From Eledone cirrhosa (lineage: Eukaryota), in contig OZ024742.1 of NCBI GenBank assembly GCA_964016885.1, positions 180,916,001-180,980,000 on the forward strand: a DNA stretch of 64,000 nt. Direction: 5' to 3'. Every line of letters begins with the position of its first letter. The first letter of the stretch is position 1. Positions 24,583 to 38,124 of this stretch are shown in pieces. The position numbers and the translations under genes are program-made. The notes under the pieces were generated by a model that had not been told where the DNA came from, made no database searches, and worked only from the letters and a program-made list of their open reading frames with translations.

Positions 24583-26623
24583 AAGTTGAAGATAGTATAA
24601 TAAGTAAGGCAATCAAAGATATGAAGACGGGCAAGGCGCTGGGCCTTCGGAAATAGTTGCTGAAATGCTGAAAGCATCTGGAACGGTGGGACACACTATG
24701 ATCACCCGGATAGTAAACCAAGTCATACAGAATGGGGTTGTACCAAAGGACTGGTGTAGCAGCATCATCATTAACTGCTACAAGGGTAAAGGAGATGCCC
24801 TAGATAGGCGAAACTATAGAGGCATTAAATTAATTGACCAGGTCATGAAGGTCACAGAAAAAGTAATAGCGCAACTAATCAGAGAGCGAATTGATCTAGG
24901 TGAAATGCAGTTCGGGTATGTGTCAGGTAAAAGTACCACAGACACTCTTTTCATTGTACGACAACTACAGGAGAAGTACCTAGCTAAAAGTAAACCCCTA
25001 TACTTAGCTTTCATTGACTTGGAGAAAGCCTTTGACAGAGTCCCACGCCCCATTATTTGGTGGGCTCTCAGAAAACTAGGTGTTGATGAATGGCTTGTGA
25101 GAGCTATACAAGCCATGTATAAAGAAACAGTCAGCAAGGTTAGAATTAACAACGAATATAGTAGAGAGTTTAGCGTAAAAGTTGGTGTTCATCAGGGCAC
25201 CATCCTTAACCCCCTCCTATTTATTATTGCCCTCCAGGCTATAACAGAGGAGTTCAAGACCGGCTGCTCATGGGAACTTCTATACGCAGATGATCTAACG
25301 CTCATAGCCGAATCAATGATTGAACTAGAGAAGAAATTCCAAACATGGAAGCATGGCCTAGAATGAAAAGGCCTTAAAATTAACTTGTCTACGACTAAAG
25401 TTCTAATATGTAGGAAGGAAAATAGAGCACTGGTCCCATCTGGGAAATGGCCATGCTCAGTGTGTAGGTAAGGAGTAGGCAGAAACTCCATTTCATGTCC
25501 CAAATGCAAAGTATGGTTGCATAAAAGATGTAGTGGGATCACAGGTAAGCTAACTAAGAATATAGATTTTATATGTGGCCGGTGCTCAGGTGCAATAAGT
25601 AGTAGCAAGTGCCCACAGAATACTAGCTCATTCTATTGCACAGATGGTTCTATAGAAATAGTGGACACCTTCTGCTACCTGGGTGACAAAATCAGCAGTG
25701 GTGGTGGCTGCTCTGAAAGTACTGTAGCTAGAGTCAGAACGGGATGGAAAAAGTTCATAGAGCTTATACCACGATTGGCCGCTAAAGGTTTCTCTCTAAA
25801 AATGAAAGGCAGGCTGTATGATGCCTGCATACGAACAGCGATGTTACATGGCAGTGAGACATGGGCCTTGTGTGCAGAGGATCTACGCAGACTGGAGAGG
25901 AACGAAGCTTGAATGCTCCATTGGATGTGTAATAGTAATATACGTGAATGACAAAGCATAAATGAACTAAGGGAGAAATTAGGAATAAGAGGGATCAGAA
26001 GTTGTTTACTTGAGAGAAGACTACGTTGGTATGGTCACGTGATGTGCATGAAAGACGACAGCTGTATAAAAAAGTGCAGGGCGATCAAAATAGACGGTAG
26101 CTACGGAGTAGGCAGATCCAGAAAAACCTGGGACGACTTGATAAATTCCGACCTCACACACTTACACATCTCCAAGACAATGTCTCTGGACCGAGATCTT
26201 TGGCACTACACAGTAATACAGAGACCCGCCTTGCCTTAGTACAAAGCGAAACCTACAGTCAGTAGGCACCTCTTAACCAAAATACACCCCCGTCCCACTA
26301 CCCTACTCCCACCCCCATCTACACCACCCCTTTCGTTGTAAAGTTATGTTGGTACCACAACATCCAGTCCTAAATAAATGAGGTCATGTAGGTGTCATGA
26401 CAAAAAAACACACAGTCCATGCTGTAATGTGGCCGTGTAGGTAACACCTCCCAGTCCACACTGTAAACGTGGTTGGTGTTAGGAAGGGCATCCAGCCATA
26501 GAAAATCCGCCAGACAGTCCTGAGCAAGACAACCAATCTTGCATCAAGTGGGACAAATCCCGTACAGACCCATGCTAGCGTGGAAGATGGACGTTAAACG
26601 ATGATGATCGTGATGATGGTGAT
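24583..26623 (+). mobile_element. 5'-truncated RTE LINE (RT, PHD-like finger and 3' UTR)
   Basis: Encodes NYRGIKL, FIDLEKAFDRV, GVHQG, LLYADD and CSVC..CPKC..HKRC..CGRC. It has several premature stops and a (GAT)n tail. Confidence 0.96.
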
Positions 26624-26653
26624 ATATATACACACGAATATACACACACACAC

Positions 26654-26686
<33 letters not shown>

Positions 26687-27076
26687 CCTTTTCCTTGGAC
26701 AGAGGCCCCTACCATGTACTGTCAGTGAGATTATTAAATTTTGTCGGTGGCATGTTATTGGATTTGCAATTGTGAAATTGTGACTTAGATTCCTGGACCG
26801 AACAATGTGTTATGTCCTTGAGCAAGACACTTTATTTCATGTTGCTCTTTCTGCCAGGAGTTGTGATCTGTTAATAGTATCTGTTAATAGATCTGTTAAT
26901 AGTATGTTAAAAGTCCAATGGAAACATTGTTTCTTTGGTCCAATTTGCTGAGTTCCACCCCACTCAGTAAGCAAATGCATCTTGAGATCTTGTTGCTAGA
27001 TTCAATTGATTGATATGATATGCAACAACCTCCTTTGTGCTGATACCACAATAAAATGTATCCTGTACACTCTGTT

Positions 27077-27273
27077 TGGCAGCATCTGACAACATGCTTT
27101 GCAGCTTAATGTTATCTACCTTTACATTTTGTGTTCAAATGCCACCAAGGTTAGCTTTTTCTTTCATCCTTGCAGAGTCGATAAAAGAAAATACCAGTAA
27201 TGCATTGGAATGGATTTAATTGACTTTCGCCTTCGCCCAACATTGTTGGCCTCGTGCCTAAATCAGAAACCAT
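27077..27273 (+). mobile_element. SINE A relative (longer 3' variant)
   Basis: Shows tggcagcat, gttcaaat, gtcgataaaa and ggcctcgtgcctaaatcagaaacc. Confidence 0.7.
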
Positions 27274-27545
27274 TATATTCTATTGCTGTGCTAGAAGATC
27301 TCATTCCCATCTCTGCAGTTTAATTTACCAAAGTATTAATTAGTTATCCACTTAATTCAATACATCATTAATTGATGTTTCTTCCTGGATTCAATGTTTA
27401 GGAAATTACTGCAGCTCTGCATTATTTGCTCTCCTAATCACAACAAACTACCTAATTATGCAAATCATCATCGCAATTGGAGATGTAAAAGGAAGACATG
27501 CTTACTAATCAAATACTACTAATCAAATATATATCACATTTATAA

Positions 27546-27728
27546 GACGTCATATATATAGGACAGCATATATATATAAAACATTATAGGAATCATGCTG
27601 CCACATAAAAGTGAGATAGTGTATGTATATATATATATGTGTTTGGTAACTCTATCTCCCTTTTATGTGGCAGCATGATTCCTATAATGTTTTATATATA
27701 TATGCTGTCCTATATATATATGATGTCA
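27546..27728. repeat. Fold-back inverted repeat (~75 bp arms)
   Basis: ataggacagcatat..aaaacattataggaatcatgctgccacataaaag is followed by its reverse complement. Confidence 0.9.
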
Positions 27729-28269
27729 TCCAGCCGTAGAAAACGCGCCAGACAGTCCTATACGAGCAAGACAACCAATCTTGCCTCAAGTGGGAAAACT
27801 CCCATCCGAACCCATGCAAGCGAGGAAGATGGACGTTAAACGATGATGATGATGATGATGATGACAAGAGAAAGTTCATAGGAGTGATACTGCATTAACT
27901 TCAACTCCTCTTATTAATTATTCTAGGATATAAAAGTGAGACATGCTTACTAATCATGTAAGATGCAATAGGAATCAATAGATACGACATCATATATTTA
28001 AAACATCACATAACATTCGACCGATCAACAGGATCCCAGACCTCACTTGCTTACTGGACCAAAGAAACTATGTTTCTGTTGGTCATTCCATTGCTGATAC
28101 TACCTACAGGTCTCAACTCCTAACAGAAAGAGCAATGTGAAATAAAGTATCTAGCTCAAGGACATAATTCATAGCTTGGTTGGGGAATGGAACTTGCAAC
28201 CTCATGATTGCAAATTCAATTCTCCACCCATTATGCCATGCACCTTTACAACATCATATATATCATATA

Positions 28270-31200
28270 TATATATATCATCATCAACACCGTTTTACGT
28301 CCGTTCTTCCACGCTAGCATGGGTTAGACAGGTTGTCCTGTTGTGGGCAGTAGCCGGGTGGCTGACTGTGCCTTGCTTATATGGGAACTGATTCTGGCTT
28401 GATTTCTACAGCTGGATGCCCTTCCTAACACCAACCTCATTTACAGTGAGTGCTGGGTGCTTTTTTGCCGTGGCACCTCCACGACCACTATGCAGTGGGG
28501 AAGGGGGGTGGGGGGCATATTGTCTATATGCTTCAGCTTCAGCTTGTACCCGTGGTGGGGTCGGGTCTTCTGTATTACTGCGTGACGCCAGAGGCCACGG
28601 TCGTGTGTCATCGCCTTTGAGAGGTGTAATTGGGTAAGGTCAGCTTTTATCACCTCATCCCAGGTCTTCTTGGGTCTCCCCACTCCGCGGCTTCCATCGA
28701 CTTCTAGTGCTCTGCACCTTTTTATGCAGCTGTCATCCTTCATATGTCCATACCAACGCAACCGCCTCTCCTGCACACAGCATTTGATTCCTCTTATGCT
28801 CAGTCTCTCTCTCAATTCGTTTATACTTTGCTATTCACCTATATTACACATCCATCGGAGCATGCAGGCTTCGTTTCTTTCTAATCTACGCAAGTCTTCT
28901 ACAGACAGCGCCCAGCTCTCACTACCATGTAACATTGCTATTCATATACACGCATCATACGGTCTGCTTTTCATTTTGAGGGAAAAGCCTTTTGCAGCTA
29001 GCAGTGGCAATAGCTCCCTGAACTTTTTTCATCCCGTTCTTACCCTAGTTATTGTACTTTCCGAACACCCACCTCCGCTGCTAATTTGGTCACCTAGGTA
29101 GCAGATGTCTACTGTTTCTACAGAGCCCTCCCAGAGATTGGTGGTACTTGTTTCCTGTGGCTGTTTGCTGCTTGTTGTCCCAGCGCACCTGCTACATGTG
29201 AAGCCTATATTCTTAGTTAAGCTTCCTGAGATCCCACTACATCTCTTGCGTACCCATTGTTTGCATTTGGGGCAGAGAATTGAGTTCCTACCTACACCTT
29301 TTCTACATACTGAGCCAGGCCATTTCCCTGAGGGGATCTGGGTTCTGTTTTCTCGTCTACTTAAAAGGACCTTAGTCTTTGTCAGGTTGACTTTGAGACC
29401 CTTTCTTTCTAGTCCCTGCCTCCATGTTTGGAATTTCTTTTCTAGTTTTACCATATATTCAGCTATAAGTGCATGGTCATCTGCATACAGGAGTTCCCAT
29501 GGGCATCTGGTCTTAAACTCCTGTTATCGCCTGCAAAACTATAATGAACAGGAGAAGGCTAAGAACAGAGCCCTGGTGGACACCGACCTGTATTCTAAAT
29601 TCCTTGCTATAATCATTACTAATCCTAACTTTGCTGACTGCTCCCCTATACATGACTTGTACAGCTTTCACAAGCCATTCATCTACTCCTAGTTTTCTAA
29701 GAGCTCACCAGATTATAGCACGGGAAACTCTGTCAAAGGCTTTCTCAAGGTCGACAAATGCCAGGTAGTGTGGCTTACTTTTAGCTAGGTACTTTTCTGT
29801 AATTGCCTCACAAGGAAGAGGGCATCGGTGGTGCCTTTTCCTGATACAAACCCAAATTGCTCTCATCTAGTTTCACCTGGTCCCCTATCAACTGTGCTAT
29901 AACTCTTTCTGTTACTTTCATGACCTGGTCCATCAGCTTTATACCTCTATAGTTTCCTCTATCCAGTGCATCACCTTCACCTTTGTAGCAGTTGACAATG
30001 ATGCTACTGCACCAATCTTTTGGTATGACACCTTCTAGTATTACCTGGTTAACAATACGTGTGGTTATGGTGTGACCTACTGACCCAGATGCCTTCAGCA
30101 TCTCAGCAGCTATACCCGATGGACCGGTTGCCTTCCCCGTCTTCATATCTTTCATTGCCTTACTTACTACGCTACTGCTGACTTGTACTGCTGGCCCCTC
30201 TATAGGGTCTACTTGGGGTAGGGTCTCTTCTTCCCATGCTTTCTCCTCATTTACTAATCTTTCATAATGGCTCTCGCATGCATCCTTCTTCTCAGCACTT
30301 GTGAGGATAAGCTCATCTTTATCATTCCAGATACACTTCTCTCCAATGACATCATAGTTCTCTCTGACACACTGCTTCAAAATCTTGAACACCTCCTGTT
30401 TCTGGTCCTCACGTTGCAAGATATGCTTGAATTTTCTATCCTTCACTTCATTCTTAGCTAAGTATACTTGTCACCTAGGTTCCTCCTGGTCTCTATGTAA
30501 CATACCCTACTTCTCCTGTTCTTTCCATGCCTGTCTCTTAGCCTTAACTGCCTCATCTACCTTATTGTTCCACTACCAAGTCACTCTCCTCCTGCCTGTG
30601 GTCTTACTCCAACCACAGATCTCATCCGTCGCCTTAGTTAGTTATTTTTTAGGAACTCCCAGTGCTCTTCTACATTGAATGTCTCTATCTGTTCTACTTT
30701 ACTGACATAGGTGTCGAGTAAAATATCTTTAAATCTGTTACTGGCTGAAGGGTCTTTCAGCTTCCAGATCTTTCTTCTCCAGGTTGCCTTCTGTTTCCAA
30801 GTTCGTCTAGTTCTGACAATGAGGTCGCTGAGAACTATGTTATGTTGGGAGGTACAATCCTCACCTGAGAAGGCTTTTGTGTTTACAATCGTTCATCTGT
30901 CACGTCCTCTGATGAGAATAAAATCTATCTGACTAGAATGCTCCCCTGATCTATAGGTGATCAGGTGGTTGTCGGTTTTTTGAAGTTTGTGTTACATATC
31001 GACATGTCATTGGTGTCGCAGAATTCTAGAAGCCTGAAGCCTTCTTCATTTCTTGTGCCAAACCCGTAGCCTCCATGGACTCTATAGAAGCCGTCACGGT
31101 GTTTACCTACGTGTCCGTTAAAATCTCCTGCAATGATTAGGAAGTCATTGTCGTTTGTTAGAGCAGTGGTGCATTAGGGACTTGTAATACCTATCCTTAA

Positions 31201-31740
31201 GTTCGTCTGGCAACCCCGATTGGGGTGCATTAGCTGATATTATTGTGGTAATTGTTTTATTCAGGACTAGTCTGAGTTTAATGATTCTTGCATTGACCCT
31301 GTTCACTGAGATTACTTTATCTACCCATTTGTCAGCTACTAGGATACCTACACCACCCATCCCATCGTCACTTCCCACCCAGAAAAATTTGTGGCACTGA
31401 CTTTTGTCTACAAGAACTCTAGCGGACTCTCCTCTCCATCTAGTCTCTTGCACACAGCATACATCAATTTCCTTTCACTCTAGCATCTCTACAATTTCTC
31501 CTGCTCTTCCTTTCATTGTGCTTACATTGATGGTTCCAACTCGGAGTTTTGGGCATTTGCCAGCATTCGTGGGAAAGGGTAAATTTTTGCGGGGGTGTGT
31601 GTATGCTTCCTTTCTCTGAATTAAAGCTTTGCATTGGTGTTTGGTAACTCGCGGATTCATATTCATTTATTTATTAATTCGGGGTTGCACCATTTATTCT
31701 CAGGTCATCCATACATAACAGTAAGAGAATTCAGGACTAG
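28270..31740 (-). mobile_element. Near full-length decayed RTE LINE (APE endonuclease, RT and PHD-like finger)
   Basis: Encodes LRVGTINVSTM, QETRW, GGVGIL, IIAGDFNGHVG, QIDFIL, NYRGIKL, YADD and RRLRWYGH, with many frameshifts and stops. Confidence 0.96.
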
Positions 31741-31920
31741 AAGAACAGTGGTGGTAACAATGGCAGGGTTTGTTGGGGCTGGTAATGGTGAGAAGAAAGG
31801 TAGTAGTGGTAATAGTAATGGCAGAGTTTGTTGGGGTTGGTGGGGGGGGGGCACATGCTGAGGTTTGATTGGTAGAATAGGCTATGGTGGTGTGAGGGGT
31901 TGAGCAGGAAGGAAATTGTC

Positions 31921-32359
31921 AGATAGGTAGCCATCATGGCCTATAGCATCTCAGGAGATTTGGGTGAAATAAACCGATACAAGTACCTATATTAGACAAG
32001 GCGAATGTGTTATGATTTCGAAGAGGGTCATCGTAAACCTCGAAAAGAGAGAGGAAGGGAGGTAAGGGAATAGATGACTTCGTAGAGAGTCATACTGGCC
32101 AGCATAGGAAAAACAAGGGTAAAGAATAAATATGTGTTGTGAAGGCCAGCGAAATTATAAATAACAAAAATAATAATAATAATAGTGTGAGCAGAACATT
32201 TGCAATTGGGAAAGAGAGATACCTGGAAGATATATGGATGGCTGGAATATGGTTTAGCAGTTTGTTCTAGTAATTCATTTTAGCCTTTCAGAATCAAGGG
32301 TGTCTGATCTCGTGAAAAACCTTGAGATGAATGAAGGATGAATGGAAGAGAAAGGGAGG

Positions 32360-32431
<72 letters not shown>

Positions 32432-32515
32432 GGAGAGAGAGAGAGATAGGTAGCCATCATGGCCTATAGCATCTCAGGAGATTTGGGTGAAATAAACCGA
32501 TACAAGTACCTATAT
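31921..32515. repeat. Terminally redundant ~524 bp unit with identical ~72 bp direct repeats
   Basis: agataggtagccatcatggcc..gatacaagtacctatat occurs at 31921 and ~32444. The unit contains (GA)n and ends at (TA)n. Confidence 0.85.
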
Positions 32516-32569
32516 ATATATATAGTTATAGGAATAACCAAAGAGTGCTTAGAAATACATTGTTTTATT

Positions 32570-32616
32570 AGCTAACACTGTTTCATCCATACCCCATGGC
32601 AGGAATCATCAGAGCC
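32570..32616 (-). ncRNA. Type I hammerhead ribozyme
   Basis: ggct-CTGATGA-ttcctgccatggggtatggat-GAAA-cagtg-TT-agct. Confidence 0.75.
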
Positions 32617-34190
32617 TATAAACAAGAGTATGTCAATAGTTGGATGCTCCATCGAGCTGCGTCACCAGAACAAGGTTAAAGGACCAGCAGGGGGTCCTGA
32701 GGCCAGCACTATATGGAAAAAGACAGAATATATGATGCACATAATGTCATAAAATTGTCGTAAAAAATGACATCAAAAATTAAAAATTACACCAAAAGTT
32801 TATCACTTAAATGGTGCAATAGATGATAAAGAGGTTGGGAGAGGGTAGCAAGGGATGAGTGAAGGTATTACTCAGCATGATCAGAAACAATAAAAAAATA
32901 ATAAAAAAGTACAAAAATACAGAGATAACAAAAGAGATAAATATAAATATACAAAACAATAAAGGAACAAAAAGCCCGAAAACCCCCCAAAATATAAAAC
33001 AAAGCAAAGCATAGATACATCAAAGCACAAGCAGTGCCAAAACAGGGTCTACAGGCAGATTAAGAGAGTTTGCAAGCATGAGTCTGTGAGAAGAATAGTT
33101 GGTTAGCAGTGGTGCAGCCTTACATGTATGACAGTCCATATGAGGGATGGTGTACTCCAATTATATCGCCTTGTAACAAGTCGATTCTCCTTATCATATC
33201 AGCACCCTACGAACCACATCGATATGTTCCAGTTCCGAACGTTAAGTGAGATAACACTATTTTTCCAAAACCTATACCCAGGGGATTTATCCCCATAGGC
33301 GGTCTGGGATATACACCTAAAATCTAAAATAAAAAATAAAAAATAAGTGAAAGTACGATGAGTTAAAGAAATGTATGGTACATGTACAGCCGGCAGAGAT
33401 GTGAGGAAATTGAAAACACGGCAGGTCCGCAATAACTGGCATTCCTCAAAGTCCTCACGTTCAGTCGCTCAACCCAACGTGCCAGGTGAAATTCATTGTA
33501 TGTCCAAGTAGGTGTCCAACCAATGTGTCGTACCGTATACAACTATACCACAGTAAATACAAATCATGATGGCTATCCCGTTACATAGAGAGAAAGTGTA
33601 TATAGGAAACTCCGCTTCCAGAATCACATATGGCAGAGTGAGCAGATATTGTTATAATAATAGGCGGATTTATTAGAGTGAGTGCAAATTTCTGTAGAAT
33701 ATATATATATATATAGAAGAGAGAACTCACAGCCAAACCTGTCATTGACCTGTTATTAATATGTCCGCCACATGGTTTTCATTTAGATTATTGACTCCGG
33801 AGGTTGCAATCCATTCACAGTCGGGTGTGATCCCTCCTGGGTTGACGTGAGTTCAATATCCAGTGTTGTACTTTGCCTTGAGTATAGTTCTATAATTCAT
33901 CAAAGCTGGATCACAATTCATATTCAAATAATTCCAACTTTCACAGGTTAGTCTCTCGCTAATAACACATAATGGTCATCTATTGCACCATTTAAGTGAT
34001 AAACTTTTGGTGTAATTTTTAATTTTTAATTTTTGATGTAATTTTTTAAGACATTTTATGACATTATGTGCATCATGTATTCTGTCTTTTTCCATATAGC
34101 GCTGGCCTCGGACCCCCTGCTTGTCCTTTAACCTTGTTCTGGTGACGCAGCTTGATGGAGCATGCAACTATTGACATACTCTTGTTTATA

Positions 34191-34237
34191 GGCTCTGATG
34201 ATTCCTGCCATGGGGTATGGATGAAACACTGTTAGCT
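34191..34237 (+). ncRNA. Type I hammerhead ribozyme
   Basis: ggct-CTGATGA-ttcctgccatggggtatggat-GAAA-cactg-TT-agct, followed by aataaa. Confidence 0.75.
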
Positions 34238-34500
34238 AATAAAACAATGTTTTTCTAAGCACTCTTTGGTTATTCCTATAACTAAATGAGGTTGGTGTTA
34301 GGAAGGGCATCCAGCTGTAGAAATCAAGCCAGAATCAGTTCCCGTCCCACCCTTGCAAGCAGAGAAAAAGTGGACGTAAAATGAAATGAATGATAACAGC
34401 TCTGTAGTATACTAGTTATCCTACATTGAGCTAAAACCACACTGTCATACCAAGGGCAATATATCTGTGTGTCTGAGCATATTGATATATTTGTCAACGA

Positions 34501-34571
<71 letters not shown>

Positions 34572-35582
34572 ACATCATAAGAATCATGCTGAGATGTATA
34601 AAATGAAACATGCTTACCGACAGAACTCATAATTTGCTGAGTTCAAACTGATTTAAAAAATTACTATTGTTACTATTTCATTTGAAATTTTTATCAAGGT
34701 CAACTAAACTACACGGATGTCAACTGTAACAACAACAGCAAACATCTATGAGACACAGCTTCACAGGGAGCCAATTAAGGCTACATTGGTGTGAACTGTA
34801 AATTTCATTTTTATTTTCATTCAGTTACATGAAATGAATCTCAAGGAATTTTTCAAATGTTTTCATTTAATTCAATTTATTATTTTCAGATTTTTCAGAT
34901 ACCAGCTTAATAATGATAAAGTTAGTTATATTACTAAATCCCTCCAAATCCTTGAATATTTTCAAAATTATTTGAAAATAATATGTAGTGTCTTTCATTA
35001 GAAATATGGTAATGAAACGGTTAAAATGTTTATAATTATCTCAAAATCTTCCATCATAATTTTATATGCGAACCTTTATTAAGTTATGTACCAAACATCA
35101 GTTTAATAATGAGAAAGTTAATTATAAAACTAAATCCTTTTAAATGATTTGAAAATAATAGGTAGTTTCATTATAAATATGGCAACAAAAGATGGTACTA
35201 ATTGGAGAAAAGACAAGACGAACAGTAAAGGCCACTGATGAAATAGTGTAAACCGTTTCATTATCATATTTATAATATTTACTGTATTACAATGAAGAAT
35301 TTTGAGAACATTATCAAAATTGCCAATCGGCAGTATCAGTAGAGTGTTAGACATCATGTTACATCCCCTTATGTTCTGAGGTTAGGTTTGCCATTCGTCC
35401 CTATAAGGTTGATAAAATAAAGTACCAAGCACGAACTGGAGCCAATTTAATTGACTTTTCCCTCTCCAAAAAATTGTTGTCCTGCCTACACCAGAAGGCA
35501 TTATACAAATTGTCAATTATTTCATTACTAAGATGGTATTTATAACATAATTTACCAAAGGGTTTTTGTATCACATTGTCAT

Positions 35583-37947
35583 AAGGGCTTCCCAACCTTT
35601 TTGGCATCATCCCTACTTACACATGGACATTTTTTCCATTGCCCACTTGTATAATAAATATTCAAAAGTATACCAAAAATGTTTAGTAAAAGTTTGTTAC
35701 TAATAGTAAAAAATCCCAAAGGTAACAAATAATGCTGACTTATACAATCGCTGCTACTGCAATTACTGTATTAAAGAACAAATGAAAGAAAAGTTAACCA
35801 TTTAAACCTACAATTGATTACTTGAACTTTAAATTGGTTGTTATACCAAACTGGAACAAGCAATGCGATAATATCCTGAAATTACTGTACCATGTCATCA
35901 TGCAATGATTACAAATGATTATCTAAATAGATAGAGTTGACTTCTTGAAATGTTCATCTTATGTAACATTAATTTTAAAATGAAGGCAACAAGCATTTAC
36001 AGTCACAAGCGTTTTTTACTTTCCTTGCAGTAACATATTGAGATCATTTAGTTTGATGAATATCTCACTAAGGATATTTGGAAGCAATCAGAGAAATAGA
36101 TAGCGAAGTGCATAAGAAATAATTTTTAAAAATTATTATTTTATCAAACAGTTTGGCAGAATGGAAAACAACTGTTGCATTTTGACCACCATTGTATTTC
36201 AGATAGTCATGTTCATTATCAAGGCACAGTTGTAGGAAGAGTTGTTTAGACAAAGAATTTGATTTTATGCTTGTTCAAAATTTTAATAATTAACTGCAAT
36301 ACATCACTAAAGTCCCCAGTTAATATTTTTTGCCACTAAATGCTGCCAGGGGATCACACAACAAACTATTAAAACAGGATGCAAAAGTTCAAGTTTTAAG
36401 AGAGAAGAGAAACCATAGCAGGCACTCCTCCTGATGCACAATATTGTTCAATATTATTCACTAAAAAATAGCTTCAATAAATCTAAAAATCTAAAATAGA
36501 CATACATTTTGAGTCAAGCAACAATTGAGTCAAGCAACAATATTCACAAGGTTGAATATTGTCATTAAAAAAATTAACATACAACTTCATTAAGGATTGA
36601 CTTTGCCAACTGTTGATTCATCAACTTGTATAGAAAATTCATAACTCTGAAGTTAATATTTAATGTTGGTGGCCATTTCATTTATATGTTGAAAAATTGT
36701 GTTATTACTCAGGGGAATCATCTTGATAATTGTGTCAATTATTTAATGCATTACAGTTGAGTGAACTTCTTCAATAAACAGGTCAAAGTAATATTTCTCT
36801 TATAGTGTGAGACTGACTGACCTTTGAGACCAGTAATAAAATATATAACACAATCAGCCCATTATCTTGTTGCATAGTTGCTTTCCGAAATTCCAAAATC
36901 AATGTTTTCTGCTGTTCGAATGAGGTCATCAGTTGCGAGAAATATGTCAAAGGTTTTTCTTTCTGGTCAGCATGATTAGAATATAAGATATTTTCATTGT
37001 GAAGGTTTCATTGCTTAAAGTTTGATTGGCTGCTCTGAGAAGCGATAAACTCCTAAGATAAACAATGCTGTATTGACAACAAATTTTCTTTGGGGTGTTT
37101 AGAAATCACACAATACAAAGAAAAAACAGTAGGAACAATAGATAACAAAGTTGTTGTTCACCAAGTCATATTGTTACTTAAAGTTCATTTTCAATAATCC
37201 CAAAATATAAGAACACAAGAGTGTTCCAATCACATGGTGGTCAATACAATCCAACAACTTCATTTGGCTGTCTGCTTATATGAGCATGCTGATTGAACTG
37301 CGAACAGTTCCCATCTTGGATTCTCATATTTTGTTTGGCATTGTCATGCCTCTTTGTCTATGGCATATTGTCAGAGATCTTAGAGGTTATTGTCTGTGCC
37401 AATTTTATGTGTGATCTCTCAGTGCTGGCAGCATTGCTGAGTTTATCCTGAGGTAATTTCTTAATTGACTGGCAAAGATGTTCTTGGTTTTCCCTTATCT
37501 AATTTATATTAAAAAAATATATATATATTATTTCGCCCAAAGAACTTGAATGTTAAAACTAAAGAAAATACCAAAATGTTCCTTTTTTGCCGGAATGTTT
37601 ATATCTTATCTAGGAATGTGTCCCACTTATTCCAATTTAGCATGGCTAGGCATCATCGGGTTTTTCAGGTATTTCAGAACCCTTCTGGCATTTCCATCAT
37701 TCATCCTACTACAAAAAGAAAAAGAAAATTGATGGCCTGTTTTTTTATTTGTTTTGTTTTTTTGTACAGGTTCTTTGCATATCTCCTTTGAATGTTTTTG
37801 CAGGGTAGCATATGTTGATACTCAAAATCTTATATCGCCCATCAAAATTTTCAATCACCCACTATTTTCTCTTCAGTTGCTCATTATCCACCTAACATTT
37901 AAATTGCCCATTGTAGGCGGCGATATCACCCAGGTTGAAAAATCCTG
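35583..37947 (-). mobile_element. Old Buster-type hAT transposon, heavily decayed
   Basis: Degenerate TIRs agggcttcccaacct and aggttgaaaaatcctg. Minus-strand remnants include HTIREILL.P, IQVDEST, QHLVAK, DVLQLIIKILN and LFLQLCLDNE. Confidence 0.65.
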
Positions 37948-38085
37948 TCCTAGATTTTTATTTAAATAGGAAACCTTTGGAATCGGGGGTTTTATTTCAC
38001 AGAACCAGCAATGGTTTTGTGGTGAGCTGGTATCAAAAGGGTTAAACCATACAGTAAGACCTAAATATTGTCAACAGATACTGGG

Positions 38086-38124
38086 ACAACACTGAAGAAG
38101 ATCAGAACTGATTGAAAACGTTGT
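38086..38124 (+). ncRNA. Degenerate minimal hammerhead-like motif
   Basis: CTGAAGA-a-gatcag-aa-ctgatt-GAAA-acgtt. Helix I register is imperfect. Confidence 0.4.

Larger units (their letters stand above)
32523..34284. mobile_element. Penelope-like fold-back insertion with ~305 bp inverted pLTR-like arms (32523-32826 and 33976-34284)
   Basis: Near-identical inverted arms, each with an HHR followed by AATAAA pointing outward. Confidence 0.8.
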
